Shown here: in pieces, positions 21,257 through 33,157 of the stretch
Position numbering within the stretch: the stretch's first letter is position 1
Layout: every line of letters starts with the position of its first letter
Assembly: GCA_963740085.1 (NCBI GenBank)
Contig: CAVUCU010000004.1
Location: 32,001-96,000, forward strand
Reading direction: 5' to 3'
Source: Nitrospirota bacterium
Lineage (GTDB): Bacteria > Nitrospirota > UBA9217
Length of the DNA: 64,000 nucleotides
Made by a program: the position numbers and the translations under genes
Notes under the pieces: model-generated
The model's database searches: none
The model's input: the letters and a program-made list of their open reading frames with translations, nothing else
Told to the model about the DNA's origin: nothing

Positions 21257-22150
<894 letters not shown>

Positions 22151-22261
22151 TCATAAGCACAATTTACTGCACATGCAAGAGCACCGAAGACTCTAAGTCA
22201 ATATTTGAATGCAACAAGACAATCGTTGAGCGATTTCGATATTCATATTCGTGCTTGTTCG

Positions 22262-23605
22262 TTACAGGATATATCTGCTCAGGTCCTCGCTCTTCATGAC
22301 GTCGGCGAGTCGCTTCTGCACATAGTCCGCGTTGATCGCGACTTTGCTTCCCTTTTTTTCGGGAGCGTCAAAGGAGATCTCGTCGAGCAGTCGTTCCATG
22401 ACGGTGTGGAGCCTGCGGGCACCGATATTCTCCGTGCGTTCATTCACCTTGGCCGCGATGTCGGCGATTTCCTCGATCGAGTCCGTGGAAAAGGTAATCG
22501 AGACCTCTTCCGTGGCAAGGAGAGCGACCTGCTGTTTGATAAGCGCGTTCTTCGGCTCGGTCAGAATTCGGATGAATTCCGCCTTGCCCAGCGAATCCAG
22601 CTCGACCCGTATCGGGAACCGGCCCTGGAGCTCCGGGATGAGGTCGGACGGCTTGGATATATGGAATGCGCCGGCCGCGATGAACAGGATATGGTCCGTC
22701 CTGACCGGACCATACTTGGTCGTGACCGTCGACCCTTCGACGATCGGCAGGAGGTCCCGCTGAACACCCTCGCGGGATACATCCGGACCATGTGCTTCTC
22801 GGCCCGCTATCTTGTCGATCTCATCGAGGAACACGATGCCGGACTCCTCGATTCTCTGGACCGCCTCCTTGATGACCTTGTCCATGTCGATGAGCTTAGC
22901 GGCTTCTTCCTGAACGAGGAGACGGAGCGCGTCCGTTACCTTTACCCTGCGACGCTTGGTCTTTTCGGGGAGGAGCCCGCCGAGCATCTCTTTCAGGTTC
23001 ATCTCGATCTCTTCCATGCCGATATTCGAGATGATACCAAAGGGCATGACCTTTTCCTTCTGCTCAAGCTCAACCATCCGTTCGTCAAGCTTGCCCTCGT
23101 GGAATTGTTGACGAAGTTTTTCGCGCGTGCTGGTGTGTTGCTGTTCCTGTTCAATCGAAGAGGTTTCGGACCCCGGCAGTGTTCTGGGAGGCGGCAGCAG
23201 AAGGTCAAGAAGACGCTCCTCTGCCATGGCCGCTGCTTTCTCCCGGACCTGTTCCGTCATCTCGTTTTTAACCATATTGACGCCGATCTCGGTAAGGTCG
23301 CGAATGATGGACTCCACGTCACGGCCTACATACCCGACTTCGGTGAACTTGGAAGCCTCGATTTTGAGAAAGGGGGCCTGGACGAGCCTCGCGAGTCTGC
23401 GGGCGATCTCGGTCTTTCCCACGCCCGTGGGACCGATCATGATGATGTTCTTCGGCATGACCTCGTCGCGGAGGTCTTCAGACAGGCGTTGACGCCTCCA
23501 GCGATTCCGGAGCGCAATGGCGACGGCTCGCTTGGCCTTGTGCTGGCCGATGACATACTTGTCGAGCTCTTCGACAACCTGTCGTGGCGTGAGAGAATTT
23601 TTCAA
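22262..23605 (-). CDS. hslU: ATP-dependent protease ATPase subunit HslU
   Basis: [37 protein letters not shown]; TTG start with GGAGG. Confidence 0.98.
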   Translation of the reverse strand: MKNSLTPRQVVEELDKYVIGQHKAKRAVAIALRNRWRRQRLSEDLRDEVMPKNIIMIGPTGVGKTEIARRLARLVQAPFLKIEASKFTEVGYVGRDVESIIRDLTEIGVNMVKNEMTEQVREKAAAMAEERLLDLLLPPPRTLPGSETSSIEQEQQHTSTREKLRQQFHEGKLDERMVELEQKEKVMPFGIISNIGMEEIEMNLKEMLGGLLPEKTKRRRVKVTDALRLLVQEEAAKLIDMDKVIKEAVQRIEESGIVFLDEIDKIAGREAHGPDVSREGVQRDLLPIVEGSTVTTKYGPVRTDHILFIAAGAFHISKPSDLIPELQGRFPIRVELDSLGKAEFIRILTEPKNALIKQQVALLATEEVSITFSTDSIEEIADIAAKVNERTENIGARRLHTVMERLLDEISFDAPEKKGSKVAINADYVQKRLADVMKSEDLSRYIL

Positions 23606-23625
23606 AAAAACCTCCGGATAAATAC

Positions 23626-23710
23626 AGTAGTCAGGAGTCAGTAGTCAGGAGAAAAATGGATCAGCATTCGTTGCTTATTCTGGCTTCAGGCTCCTGACTA
23701 ATGTCTCCTG
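23626..23710. repeat. Heptamer-repeat hairpin between hslV and hslU
   Basis: CAGTAGTCAGGAGTCAGTAGTCAGGAG / TTCTGGCTTCAGGCTCCTGACTAATGTCTCCTG. Confidence 0.8.
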
Positions 23711-23713
23711 CGT

Positions 23714-24256
23714 TTACAACTCTTCTATCGTAATTACACTATTCGTATAAATGCAGATCTCCGCTGCGATCTTCATCGCCTCTTCCACGATCGCGCGGGT
23801 GTCGAGTGTAGTGTGGTCGATGAGCGCCCGGGCTGCAGCAAGGGCATAGGGACCGCCTGAGCCGATGGCGGAGATCCCATTTTCCGGTTCGATCACATCT
23901 CCGTTGCCGGAGAGAATAAAGGAACGCTCATGATCAGCGACGATCATCAGGGCTTCGAGCCGGCGAAGGACCCTGTCCGTTCTCCAGTCCTTTGCAAGCT
24001 CCACTGCGGCGCGCGTGAGGTTGCCATGGTACTGATCGAGCTTTGATTCGAATTTTTCGAAGAGCGTGAACGCGTCGGCAGTTGCGCCTGCGAAACCGGC
24101 AAGGACCTTATCATTATACATTTTGCGGACTTTTTTTGCATTGTGTTTCATCACGGTTGCACCGACGGTCACCTGGCCATCGCCGGCGATCGCTGTTTTA
24201 CCGTTCCGTCGGACTGCGAGGATCGTTGTACCGTGCAGGGGTGTTATTTCACTCAT
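23714..24256 (-). CDS. hslV: ATP-dependent protease subunit HslV
   Basis: [10 protein letters not shown] (catalytic Thr), [19 protein letters not shown]. Confidence 0.98.
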   Translation of the reverse strand: MSEITPLHGTTILAVRRNGKTAIAGDGQVTVGATVMKHNAKKVRKMYNDKVLAGFAGATADAFTLFEKFESKLDQYHGNLTRAAVELAKDWRTDRVLRRLEALMIVADHERSFILSGNGDVIEPENGISAIGSGGPYALAAARALIDHTTLDTRAIVEEAMKIAAEICIYTNSVITIEEL

Positions 24257-24328
24257 GCTGCCTCCATCGTTTCATGATGGACGGTGGACGATTATGCCTA
24301 CGCTCTTCGTCCCTCGTCATTCGCCCGT

Positions 24329-25222
24329 CTAGTTCTTCCGCTTGATCGCTCTCGGATGCGTCTTGTCATATACCTCCATCAGCGAGTCGAGGTTCACATG
24401 CGTGTAGCGCTGGGTGGTTGAAAGGCTCGCGTGTCCAAGAAGTTCCTGGATGGCGCGCAGGTCCGCGCCGGACTCCAGCATGTGAGTGGCATAGCTGTGC
24501 CGAAGCGTATGCGGACTAGCCTTTTGCTGAAGGCCCAGCTGTTTTCTGTGGTTTTCTAAAATACGCTGAACAGTGCGCGCTGTCAAGCGTTTTCCTGACG
24601 GTCCGATGAAGACGGCGGCAGTTTCAGCGATGCGGGACGGGCAGGTCAGATACGCATTGATTGCTTCACGAGCCTTATTACCGATCGGTACGATTCGTTC
24701 CTTGCGGCCCTTGCCTCTGATGCGGACAAGACTGCCGTGTGTGTCTATGTCTTCCCGGTTCATGCCGATGAGTTCGCTCGCACGGATGCCGGTGGAGTAA
24801 AGGGTTTCAAGTACGGCACGGTCTCTCAGTACGATGCAGCGGCCTTCAGGTTTCATCGAGTTCGGCGATTCCATGAGTCTTAACGCGTCGTCAGCGGTCA
24901 GCACGGCAGGAAGACGTTTTTCACGGCGCGGTGTAGCGACCAGTCGGGCCGGATTGCTCGAGAGTATCCCTTCACGGTTCAGATACCGGAAGAACGACCG
25001 GATGGCGGAGAGTTTTCTTGCTATGGATGATTTCTTCACCTCGCCCTGCATGAGGCGGGCGATGAACCGCCGAAGCGTTTGATGGTCAACTGCAGACAGC
25101 TCTTTATCGCCGAGAAAGGTGGAGAGTTGTTCGAGATCGGAAAGATAGCCCCGCAGCGTGTGAGGAGAAACGTTTCGCTCATTTCTGAGGTAGGAGAGAA
25201 AATCAAAAATGTGTTTGCGCAT
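24329..25222 (-). CDS. xerC: Tyrosine recombinase XerC
   Basis: TGIRASEL, GKGRKERIVP, HTLRHSYATH, LLGHASLSTTQRY; topA-xerC-hslVU context. Confidence 0.93.
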   Translation of the reverse strand: MRKHIFDFLSYLRNERNVSPHTLRGYLSDLEQLSTFLGDKELSAVDHQTLRRFIARLMQGEVKKSSIARKLSAIRSFFRYLNREGILSSNPARLVATPRREKRLPAVLTADDALRLMESPNSMKPEGRCIVLRDRAVLETLYSTGIRASELIGMNREDIDTHGSLVRIRGKGRKERIVPIGNKAREAINAYLTCPSRIAETAAVFIGPSGKRLTARTVQRILENHRKQLGLQQKASPHTLRHSYATHMLESGADLRAIQELLGHASLSTTQRYTHVNLDSLMEVYDKTHPRAIKRKN

Positions 25223-25343
25223 GTGGATACTTTAGCGTAACAGCCGCAAATTTGCAAGGGAAGAGGTGAATTGTGCATGGGTTGATACCGGCTGCCGATG
25301 AGCAACGTGGAAAGGAGGAGATCATTTGGCCGGGAGTATCTTG

Positions 25344-27953
25344 CTAAGATTTTGCGGGAGAGATAGATGCCGATGATCTCTTTTTTCTTGAAGGCTTCTT
25401 GGCCGCTTTCCTGGATGGTGTGCGTTTTTTTCGCCCGCCGCCGTTGTTCGCATTATCACGACGAATCGCCAGCAGTTCATAAGCTCGTTCTGGTAACATT
25501 TCCTCGAGGCGGTCGCTCCGCGTGAGGCTGGCATTGGTTTCCCCATCGGTGACATAAATGCCGAACTTGCCCTCTTTGGCCAGAACCGGTTTGCTGCTCA
25601 CCGGGTCATTGCCGAACTCGCGCAACGGAGGCTTTGGTGCAGCGCGGCGGCCGTACTGGCGAGGTGTAGCAAGCAGCGCAAGGGCTTGTTCGACGGTAAT
25701 ATCGAAGATCTGTTCTTCGCTCGCGAGCGTACGACTTTCCTTGCCCTTGGTGATATAGGGGCCATAGCGACCATTTTGTGCGGTGATCGCCACTCCGTCA
25801 ACCGGATCAACGCCCACCACGCGTGGAAGTGAGAGCAACCGCGCAGCGTCCTGGGGAGTGACGTGAGCCGGATCCATTGTCTTGAACAAGGACACCATCT
25901 TCGGTTTGTCGAGCCCGGGTGGGGGCGCATCAGGAGTACCCAGCTGAACATACGCGCCAAAGCGTCCGCTCTTGATGAAGAGAGGCAGACCATCCATTTG
26001 GCCGATCGGGTCGGTCCCCTTTGGCGCAGTGAGGAGTTTCAGCGCCACCTCCAGTGTCAGCTCATCGGGCGTCATGGTATCGGGAACGCTGGCTGTTTCT
26101 TCACCGCGGCGAACGTAGGGACCGAATTTCCCCGGCTTAACCACGACCTCAAGACCGGTCTCGGGGTCAATGCCGACGGGGAAGGTGTTGATCGCCGAGG
26201 CATCGATCTCATCGAGGTTTATAGCAACGCGTTGCTTGAGCCCAACGAGACCCTGGTCATTGCCGAAATAAAAATCAGCGAGCCACTGTTCCTTCTTCTG
26301 CAGACCCTGCGCGATCGCATCGAGATCTTCTTCCGTGTTCGCGGTAAAACTGTAGTCGACAAGACCTGAGAAGTGCTTTACCAGCAGATTAATGACGGAG
26401 AACGCGACCCAGTTGGGTACGAGCGCCTGGCCTTTTTTCCAAACGTAGCCGCGATTGACGATCGTTTGCATGATGGATGCCCAGGTTGAGGGACGGCCAA
26501 TGCCCAGTTCCTCAAGTTTTTTGATCAGCGACGCTTCAGTGTACCGCGCGGGTGGCTGCGTTACGTGTCCGCTCGGAGTGATGTCGGCAATATTTACCTT
26601 GTCACCAACAGCAAGCTTCGGCAGCAGCGCTTCACCCTTGATGTTCTCGGTATCGTCGTCCGTCGATTCCTCGTATACCTGTCGGTAGCCTGCAAAGGTG
26701 ATCGTAGTGCCGCTTGCGGTGAATTCGCAGTCAGCTCCATTGCTCAGTGCGCCCAGGCGTATGCTGACGGTGGTGCCGATCGCGTCGGCCATCTGCGAAG
26801 CGAGGGTGCGCTGCCAGATCAGCTCATACAGGGCAAGATCCTGCGAGTTCAGCTCGCTCTTGAGTTCGCGCGGTGAACGCATCGGCGTGCTCGGACGGAT
26901 CGCTTCATGGGCTTCCTGGGCGTTCTTCACTTTTGACGAGTAGGCGCGAGGGGTTGGGTAGAGGTATTGCGGGCCGTACAACTTCCCCACTTCCGCGCGG
27001 ATCTCCGCAAGCGCTTCATCGGAGATCACCACATTGTCCGTTCGCATATACGTGATGAAACCGCGTTCATATAAACCCTGTGCGACACGCATGACCTGTG
27101 CCGCGGACAGGCGTAATTTCCGGCCGCCCTCCTGTTGAAGGGTTGATGTCATGAACGGCGCCTTTGGCGTCGATCGGTAAGGTTTTTCCTCGACGCTTCG
27201 AACCGTGAGAAGCGTTTGGTCAAGGCCTGCGGCCAGCGCCATTGCCCGGGTCTTGTCGATTACGATGACCTTGCCGCTGGCACGACCCTGGCTGTCAAAG
27301 TCCTTGCCCGTAGCGACTTTGGTGCCGTCGAGTGTGACGAGCGTGGCGATAAAGGGAGGTGTTGTTGCCGTTGAAATATCGATACCCCAGTATCCGGCAG
27401 CGACATGAGCGATGCGTTCACGTTCGCGTTCCACCACGAGACGGAGTGCGGGGCTCTGAACCCGGCCGGCCGATAAGCCGCGATTTACGCGTCGCCACAG
27501 CACCGGAGACACCTCGTATCCAAAGAGCCGATCCAGTATCCGGCGGGTCTCGGCAGCGTCAACCAGCCCGTGGTCGATGCCGCGGGGATTGGCGAGCGCG
27601 TGTTCGATAGCGGATTTGGTGATTTCATGGAACACCATGCGTCGCACCGGTATCTTCGGCTTCAGATGCTCAACAAGGTGCCACGAGATCGCTTCGCCCT
27701 CGCGGTCTTCGTCGGTCGCGAGATACAGGGCGCTTGCGTTTTTCAGTGCTTTCCGGAGATCGCGCACAACCTGAGTTCCGCGTTCGGTGAGCTCGTAGGT
27801 GGGTTTAAATCCATTGTCAACGTCGACCGCGAGCCCTTTGCTTGGGAGGTCTGCAATATGGCCCACAGAGGCGCGCACATCAAAGGCATCACCGAGATAT
27901 TTTGCGATGGTTTTTGCCTTTGCCGGTGATTCAACAATGACGAGGGATTTCAT
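25344..27953 (-). CDS. topA: DNA topoisomerase I with Cys-free C-terminal repeats
   Basis: LVIVESPAK, ATDEDREGEAI, SAGRVQS, ITYMRTD; four G(R/K)(F/Y)G.Y repeats; basic tail. Confidence 0.97.
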   Translation of the reverse strand: MKSLVIVESPAKAKTIAKYLGDAFDVRASVGHIADLPSKGLAVDVDNGFKPTYELTERGTQVVRDLRKALKNASALYLATDEDREGEAISWHLVEHLKPKIPVRRMVFHEITKSAIEHALANPRGIDHGLVDAAETRRILDRLFGYEVSPVLWRRVNRGLSAGRVQSPALRLVVERERERIAHVAAGYWGIDISTATTPPFIATLVTLDGTKVATGKDFDSQGRASGKVIVIDKTRAMALAAGLDQTLLTVRSVEEKPYRSTPKAPFMTSTLQQEGGRKLRLSAAQVMRVAQGLYERGFITYMRTDNVVISDEALAEIRAEVGKLYGPQYLYPTPRAYSSKVKNAQEAHEAIRPSTPMRSPRELKSELNSQDLALYELIWQRTLASQMADAIGTTVSIRLGALSNGADCEFTASGTTITFAGYRQVYEESTDDDTENIKGEALLPKLAVGDKVNIADITPSGHVTQPPARYTEASLIKKLEELGIGRPSTWASIMQTIVNRGYVWKKGQALVPNWVAFSVINLLVKHFSGLVDYSFTANTEEDLDAIAQGLQKKEQWLADFYFGNDQGLVGLKQRVAINLDEIDASAINTFPVGIDPETGLEVVVKPGKFGPYVRRGEETASVPDTMTPDELTLEVALKLLTAPKGTDPIGQMDGLPLFIKSGRFGAYVQLGTPDAPPPGLDKPKMVSLFKTMDPAHVTPQDAARLLSLPRVVGVDPVDGVAITAQNGRYGPYITKGKESRTLASEEQIFDITVEQALALLATPRQYGRRAAPKPPLREFGNDPVSSKPVLAKEGKFGIYVTDGETNASLTRSDRLEEMLPERAYELLAIRRDNANNGGGRKKRTPSRKAAKKPSRKKRSSASISPAKS

Positions 27954-28036
27954 AAGAGTTTAAACCTTTTAGTCGAAACGTCCGAAGAGACAGCGCAAGT
28001 ATTGTTCATGTTCTGATAGACTGCTTCAACAGCCGG

Positions 28037-28513
28037 TTAATTCCATGCGGTATTTTTAATCCGCCGGAGATTCGCAGAAGAACTATGCTCATGATCATGC
28101 GGGGAGACGAAGAAGATAAGGGCAATAAGGTTCTTGATATGGTCAAGCTCGATCCGTTCAGTATATGCCGTCATGGCCTTTTCCAGCAATTCTTCCCGCT
28201 GGTCCTCGGAGATGATCCCGAGGTGGGTGAGCTTTGATACAAAACCAAAAGCTTCAACAGTAAACCGTTCGCGTTCTTCCCGGTTCATCGTCCTCATCCG
28301 TATGGAAGATGCCTTCAGTTCTCGCGTGATGAGGCTTTCTGATTGGTTCTGTACGAGGGTCTGCATGAGGGTGAGCGCAGCGTCAGCTTCAGTGAGCCGG
28401 AAACCGCTGTTCAGCAGAGTTTGCATGATCTTGCCTTCGTTATCGAACAACTCCTGTTTGTTTCGAACCTGGTCCGCGATAATCGAGACGAGGTCCATCA
28501 TCTGTTCGTCCAA
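28037..28513 (-). CDS. Smg/DUF494 family protein
   Basis: Lies between dprA and topA; L.NSGF...EADAAL, R....EERERF..EA.GF..KL..LGII...QRE. Confidence 0.8.
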   Translation of the reverse strand: MDEQMMDLVSIIADQVRNKQELFDNEGKIMQTLLNSGFRLTEADAALTLMQTLVQNQSESLITRELKASSIRMRTMNREERERFTVEAFGFVSKLTHLGIISEDQREELLEKAMTAYTERIELDHIKNLIALIFFVSPHDHEHSSSANLRRIKNTAWN

Positions 28514-28627
28514 AAAAATCTCCTTTGTGTTTACTACAGAGGCACAGAGAAAACTTATATTAATTCAAAAATACTTTTCTCCGTATCTCGGCGTCTCTGC
28601 GGTAGACAATGACTTTTTACGACCGTC

Positions 28628-29761
28628 TCAATCTTCCCGAACAAAATACTTCCCGGGAAGCTGTTTCGTCATTCCTTTCAACTCCAGATTGATCAGGACT
28701 CCGCTCAGTTTCCCGGCATTGGCGCCGCTTTCCTTCATAATGATGTCAATGTGCTTCGGTTCATTCGTAATACAGCAAAGCACGGTTGTTTCTTCGCGGG
28801 TAAGCGCAGGCAAGGGGCGGGAAGATATGGCTGAACCCTTATCCTGCTTGTCCATCCCGAGGTTCTTCAGGATATCTTCGACGCCTTCTACGAGGATCGC
28901 GCCCTGCTTGATCAGGCTATTCGTGCCCTTGCTGGTTAACGAGCCGATGTTCCCCGGTACGGCATAGAGCCTGCGGCCCTGTTCGAGCGTGTACTTGGCG
29001 GTGATGAGCGAGCCGCTGTCCTCGGCAGCCTCGATGATAACGGTTCCCCGTGACAGCCCGCTGATGATCCGGTTCCTGGCCGGGAAGTAACCCGATTCAG
29101 GTTGTGTGCCAAAAGGGTTCTCGGTCACCACGGCCCCGCGCCCCGCGTGGCTGATCTCTTCCATCAGGCCTTTGTTCTCTGGCGGATACACGACGTCAAT
29201 ACCGCATCCGAGTACTGCTATGGTCCGGCCTTTTGCCGCAAGTGAACCACGATGCGCCTGGGTGTCGATCCCCCTCGCCATGCCGCTGACAATAGTAAAG
29301 CCTGCCGAAGAAAGTTCTGATGCGATCCGTCGCGTGACGGTTATCCCATAGTGAGTGGGTTTGCGGGTGCCGACGATCGCAATGGAGTTTCTGTCTTGTG
29401 CCTGCAGTTCGCCTTTCACGTACAGGTAGGGCGGCGAATCCGGTGCATTCCTGAGGCTTTCGGGATACGCAGGGCTGTCGGCCGTCACGATCGCAACGTT
29501 CGCTTCAGCCGCTTTCGCGACCTCCTGTTCCGCATGTTCCTGCCAGGGGAAGGACCCTATCGCCGCGGCGACCTTGTCGGACAACATGCCGATCTTCCGA
29601 AGCTCCTCATGAGAAGCGAAGAGTACACGCTCCGGTGAACCGAAAAGGTCGACAAGTTTCCTGAACGTGATGCGTCCGACCCCCGGAACGCTGCTGAGTC
29701 CTATCCAAGTGAGGGCCGGATCGGAATTGTTTTGTATGAGGCTGTCCGTGTGTGTACTCAT
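28628..29761 (-). CDS. dprA: DNA-protecting protein DprA (Smf)
   Basis: AIVGTR, IVSGMARGIDT.AH, FPARNRIISGLS, SGSLITA. Confidence 0.96.
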   Translation of the reverse strand: MSTHTDSLIQNNSDPALTWIGLSSVPGVGRITFRKLVDLFGSPERVLFASHEELRKIGMLSDKVAAAIGSFPWQEHAEQEVAKAAEANVAIVTADSPAYPESLRNAPDSPPYLYVKGELQAQDRNSIAIVGTRKPTHYGITVTRRIASELSSAGFTIVSGMARGIDTQAHRGSLAAKGRTIAVLGCGIDVVYPPENKGLMEEISHAGRGAVVTENPFGTQPESGYFPARNRIISGLSRGTVIIEAAEDSGSLITAKYTLEQGRRLYAVPGNIGSLTSKGTNSLIKQGAILVEGVEDILKNLGMDKQDKGSAISSRPLPALTREETTVLCCITNEPKHIDIIMKESGANAGKLSGVLINLELKGMTKQLPGKYFVRED

Positions 29762-29780
29762 TCCGCACTTAAGGTTAGGA

Positions 29781-29808
29781 ATTATACAGTCTCAGGAAAG
29801 ATAGTCAA
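29781..29808 (-). promoter_or_regulatory. sigma70 promoter of dprA operon
   Basis: Minus strand TTGACT-16-TATAAT. Confidence 0.55.
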
Positions 29809-30386
29809 GAATTTTTTTCGGACCGTTCTCAATTATGATCTCGATTAACGTTCGATTGCACAATATGCCAGTGCAGAGAAAAATCAGGGGAGTTACATTA
29901 AATGTCTTGAGAACCAATGTCCAGACAGTTTCCCGAATGTTCCCTTATCAGCCGGAACGGAAAACTGCAGGGAGGCGATTGCGCGGTGTTTAGTGTCAGG
30001 TCGGTCATTCCCTTTTGTGCTGTCACCTTCGTTTCTCATTGCCTCAGCTGCATATGACGAGGTCATGTCTTTCATCAATGTGAATATTTATGAGGCGAGC
30101 GGGGGGGGCATTTTCCACTCAGGCAGCATGGTCTGATGGCATGAATGAGGCTCCCGCTTACACTCAAGTTTTACCATCATCCACCTGAACGATAAGGATT
30201 CATTAAATATGATCCTGGAAGTGCGGCGCTTCACTCTTTTCAGAGACTTGCTCGTTGTTTAGATGCTCTTATGAAACCAAGGATTAGAACGATGTTTCTT
30301 TGCATTTTTGATAAATTAACGTCAAGTTTAGCATTCTTGCAAAAACTTACTCTTGCATGCATCCTTTAGATTCAATGTGATATCTT

Positions 30387-30402
30387 TGGCACATAGGATG
30401 CA
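30387..30402 (+). promoter_or_regulatory. Putative sigma54 (-24/-12) promoter
   Basis: TGGCAC-ATAGG-ATGCA with GG-N10-GC spacing, AT-rich upstream. Confidence 0.55.
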
Positions 30403-30709
30403 TGTACTCTAAAGTCGAAATGGAATATGTCCATAGGCAGACGATGATTATAGACCGGTAATTCGTTAGATCAGCATCCGGCCCGCATTATTCGTGATCG
30501 TCGCGTTATTTTCCGGCAGTGCCGGACTATTTTTTGCCTTCATAGTTGCAAAGATTATTAACAATGCAACTATTCCTTGTATGAGCTCACTTTCGGTGCG
30601 CGTTTTATGGTCATAGTTTACCTCGTTCTTATTGCGAAGGGAGGTGAAAGGGAACAATAAGCATCTGATCTGATATCCAGGTTTTTAAATTATAAGGAGG
30701 CATTCGGTA

Positions 30710-32119
30710 ATGAAAAAAGTACTTCTAGTGGCAATGTCGTTCGTCCTTTTGACCGCAGGCTTTGCAGCGGCTGCTGATGAAACCTCATGGCTTGAGATCG
30801 GCGGTGATTACCAATACAGGTTTGATTCGCTCAAAGGTACGGTTCATGAATACTATAATTTCCAGGATGTTCTGCCCTGGCAGCTCGGAGGTATGACGAC
30901 CCCCCCGCCGGACACCGTAAAAAGTTATGATGTCAAGAACGATTCGCTCATGACGAACCGCTTCGGTCTGAACTTGAAGGCAAACGCCCTGGAAGACGTT
31001 AGCGTCAAGGCTCGTTTTATCATGTACAAAATATGGGGACATGAGACCTCGGGGCCCGCTGACGGCTCCTTTTTCTCGGACAGGGCAACGGGACCGAACG
31101 ACGGCACGATCGGCCACATACCCCAGGACAACACATTACGGGTAGATTATGCTTATGCCACTGTTAGCAATATCGGACAGCTGCCCCTCTGGTTCTCCGT
31201 GGGCAGGAGGCCGACCACGGGCGGCGTCCCCACGAACATAAAAAATAATGAAGAAAAGACCGGCAGCGCGGGCGTACCCGCCATCCTGGTCGACTACGCC
31301 TTCGACGGCGCTACCATAGGTTATGCTCCGGATATAGAGGCAATGCCGGGCGCGTTCGTAAAACTCTGCTACGGCAAAGGTTTTGACAGCGGTTTTTCTA
31401 CGCAGACCGGTTCCTCTCTCAAGGACACGTCATTTTACGGTATAATGGCGGCACTGTACGACACTGAGAACCTGCGGGCACAAGTGCAATATCAGAGAGG
31501 TGCTCACATTTTCGATGCGCCTTCCGATGGCAGTGCCATGACCGGGCCAGTACAGCACAACCTCGGCGACATCGACTGGGTTGGCGGCGTTGTTATGGGG
31601 AAAGTATCCGATCTAAACCTATTTTTGTCCGCCGCTCAAAGCAAGACCCATCCTAATGACGAGCTGTTCCAGGTCGGTACCGTTCCTGTTGCCGGTCTGA
31701 TGTACGATGCAGGCAGTAATGCGGAAAGCCGTACCGGTACTGCCGTGTATATCGGCGGACGTTATGACATCGATTCCCTGGGCACGAAGATCGGCGTGGA
31801 ATACAATCAGGGATCGAAAAACTGGATCGGCATGGTGCCAGCCGCGGATGACAGCTGGACGAGCAAACTCGGGACCCGCGGCAGTGTCTACGAAATCTAC
31901 GTCATCCAGGAGTTGAAGAACCCGCCTATTTCCAAGAAGGGAATGGCCTTCTTCAAGCTCGGCTATCAATACTACAAGTTCGACTATACGGGCAGCAACA
32001 ACTGGGTCGGAGCTCCGAAGAAGATCTCAGACCTGGCAACCAGCCCCGAGAACGCGCAGATGCTGGCGCCGGTCGAAAAGGCGACGGATATCTACTTGAC
32101 GTTCGAGGTCCGATTCTAA
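30710..32119 (+). CDS. DUF3373-family outer-membrane beta-barrel protein
   Basis: Signal peptide; SVGRRPTTGG, DYAFDGATIGY, KLGTRG; terminal Phe (FEVRF). Confidence 0.8.
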   Translation: MKKVLLVAMSFVLLTAGFAAAADETSWLEIGGDYQYRFDSLKGTVHEYYNFQDVLPWQLGGMTTPPPDTVKSYDVKNDSLMTNRFGLNLKANALEDVSVKARFIMYKIWGHETSGPADGSFFSDRATGPNDGTIGHIPQDNTLRVDYAYATVSNIGQLPLWFSVGRRPTTGGVPTNIKNNEEKTGSAGVPAILVDYAFDGATIGYAPDIEAMPGAFVKLCYGKGFDSGFSTQTGSSLKDTSFYGIMAALYDTENLRAQVQYQRGAHIFDAPSDGSAMTGPVQHNLGDIDWVGGVVMGKVSDLNLFLSAAQSKTHPNDELFQVGTVPVAGLMYDAGSNAESRTGTAVYIGGRYDIDSLGTKIGVEYNQGSKNWIGMVPAADDSWTSKLGTRGSVYEIYVIQELKNPPISKKGMAFFKLGYQYYKFDYTGSNNWVGAPKKISDLATSPENAQMLAPVEKATDIYLTFEVRF

Positions 32120-32252
32120 ACTCTACCGGCGAGCTTGCAGAAATGGCACGTCGGAGACTGAAAGAAAAAGGCTATAGGGTAAATGTTCTGAACGCAAAGA
32201 TCAGAGGAGATAAGAACGAATAGGTTATAGACTCTCTATCGCAGATCCCCTC

Positions 32253-32290
32253 AGCCCCGGATGGCAGTACGCCGCCGGGGCTTCTTTTCT
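32253..32290 (+). terminator. Probable terminator
   Basis: AGCCCCGG...CCGGGGCT followed by TCTTTTCT. Confidence 0.6.
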
Positions 32291-32548
32291 TCATAAAGCA
32301 GCGACCTGTGGTGGCAATCAGCTCCATACGGATCATTCAAATGCCGCAGCAGGCGCACGATTGCATGAAAGTTATAACGGCATTCTGCATCTCTTGCTTA
32401 TTGATTGCCGTTGCAAGAGGTAGTAATATAGAAAGCAGCTGAATGATAAGCGCAAGATTTCAAGATGCAATCTGCACTCATAGATTTTCAGTCTGGAAGA
32501 GATCAAGGTTTTTCTATTAATTGCTGACAGGAGCATCAAAGTCATCAT

Positions 32549-33157
32549 ATGCAGAGGGTGATTAAGGCAGTCCTTTTTGATTTCGGCGGCGTGATCGCAG
32601 ATGAGGGTTTTTGGAAAGGACTTCAGGTCATCGGGAGAGAGAACGGGCTCGATCCTGATGAATTTTTCCGGACGGTTGATGCGCTCATTTACGAGACGGG
32701 GTATCTTGTCGGCAAGGCGGATGAAGCACTGTTCTGGAACACGGTCAGGAGCAAGACCGGTATCCGTGGCACTGACGCTGAGCTTACAAACGAGATACTG
32801 AAGCGATTCACGCTCAGACCGGACATGATCGTCTCTGTGGACCTTCTCAGGTCAAAGGGGTTCATCGTTGCCATGTTGAGCGATCAGACGAACTGGCTCG
32901 ACGAAATAGACAGGCAAACAGCTCTGTTCCGGCACTTCGACACGATATTCAACTCCTTCCGGCTCCACAAAAGCAAACGCGACGCGTCCGTGTTCGGGGA
33001 TGTATGCGCAACTCTCGGTGTCAAGACGGGAGAAACGCTTTTTGTCGATGACAATATCAATCACATCAAACGGGCACAGGGGCAGGGGCTCCAGACGATC
33101 CATTTTGTGGACATAGATGATTATAACAAGCAGATGGGTAAATTGATGCAGCGATGA
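32549..33157 (+). CDS. HAD-family phosphatase
   Basis: LFDFGGVI, LSD, K, FVDD motifs. Confidence 0.9.
   Translation: MQRVIKAVLFDFGGVIADEGFWKGLQVIGRENGLDPDEFFRTVDALIYETGYLVGKADEALFWNTVRSKTGIRGTDAELTNEILKRFTLRPDMIVSVDLLRSKGFIVAMLSDQTNWLDEIDRQTALFRHFDTIFNSFRLHKSKRDASVFGDVCATLGVKTGETLFVDDNINHIKRAQGQGLQTIHFVDIDDYNKQMGKLMQR

Noticed and set aside
22205-23644. Long antisense ORFs (also 7835-8758, 9785-10828, 43957-45096, 49911-51212, 61002-61910)
   Set aside because: Shadows of real genes caused by codon bias; no recognisable motifs
24329-25222. Tyrosine recombinase as prophage or island integrase
   Set aside because: Size and topA-xerC-hslVU context indicate housekeeping XerC
29830-30380. Gene or ncRNA in the long dprA-DUF3373 intergenic region
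   Set aside because: Only short ORFs and no recognisable structured RNA motif
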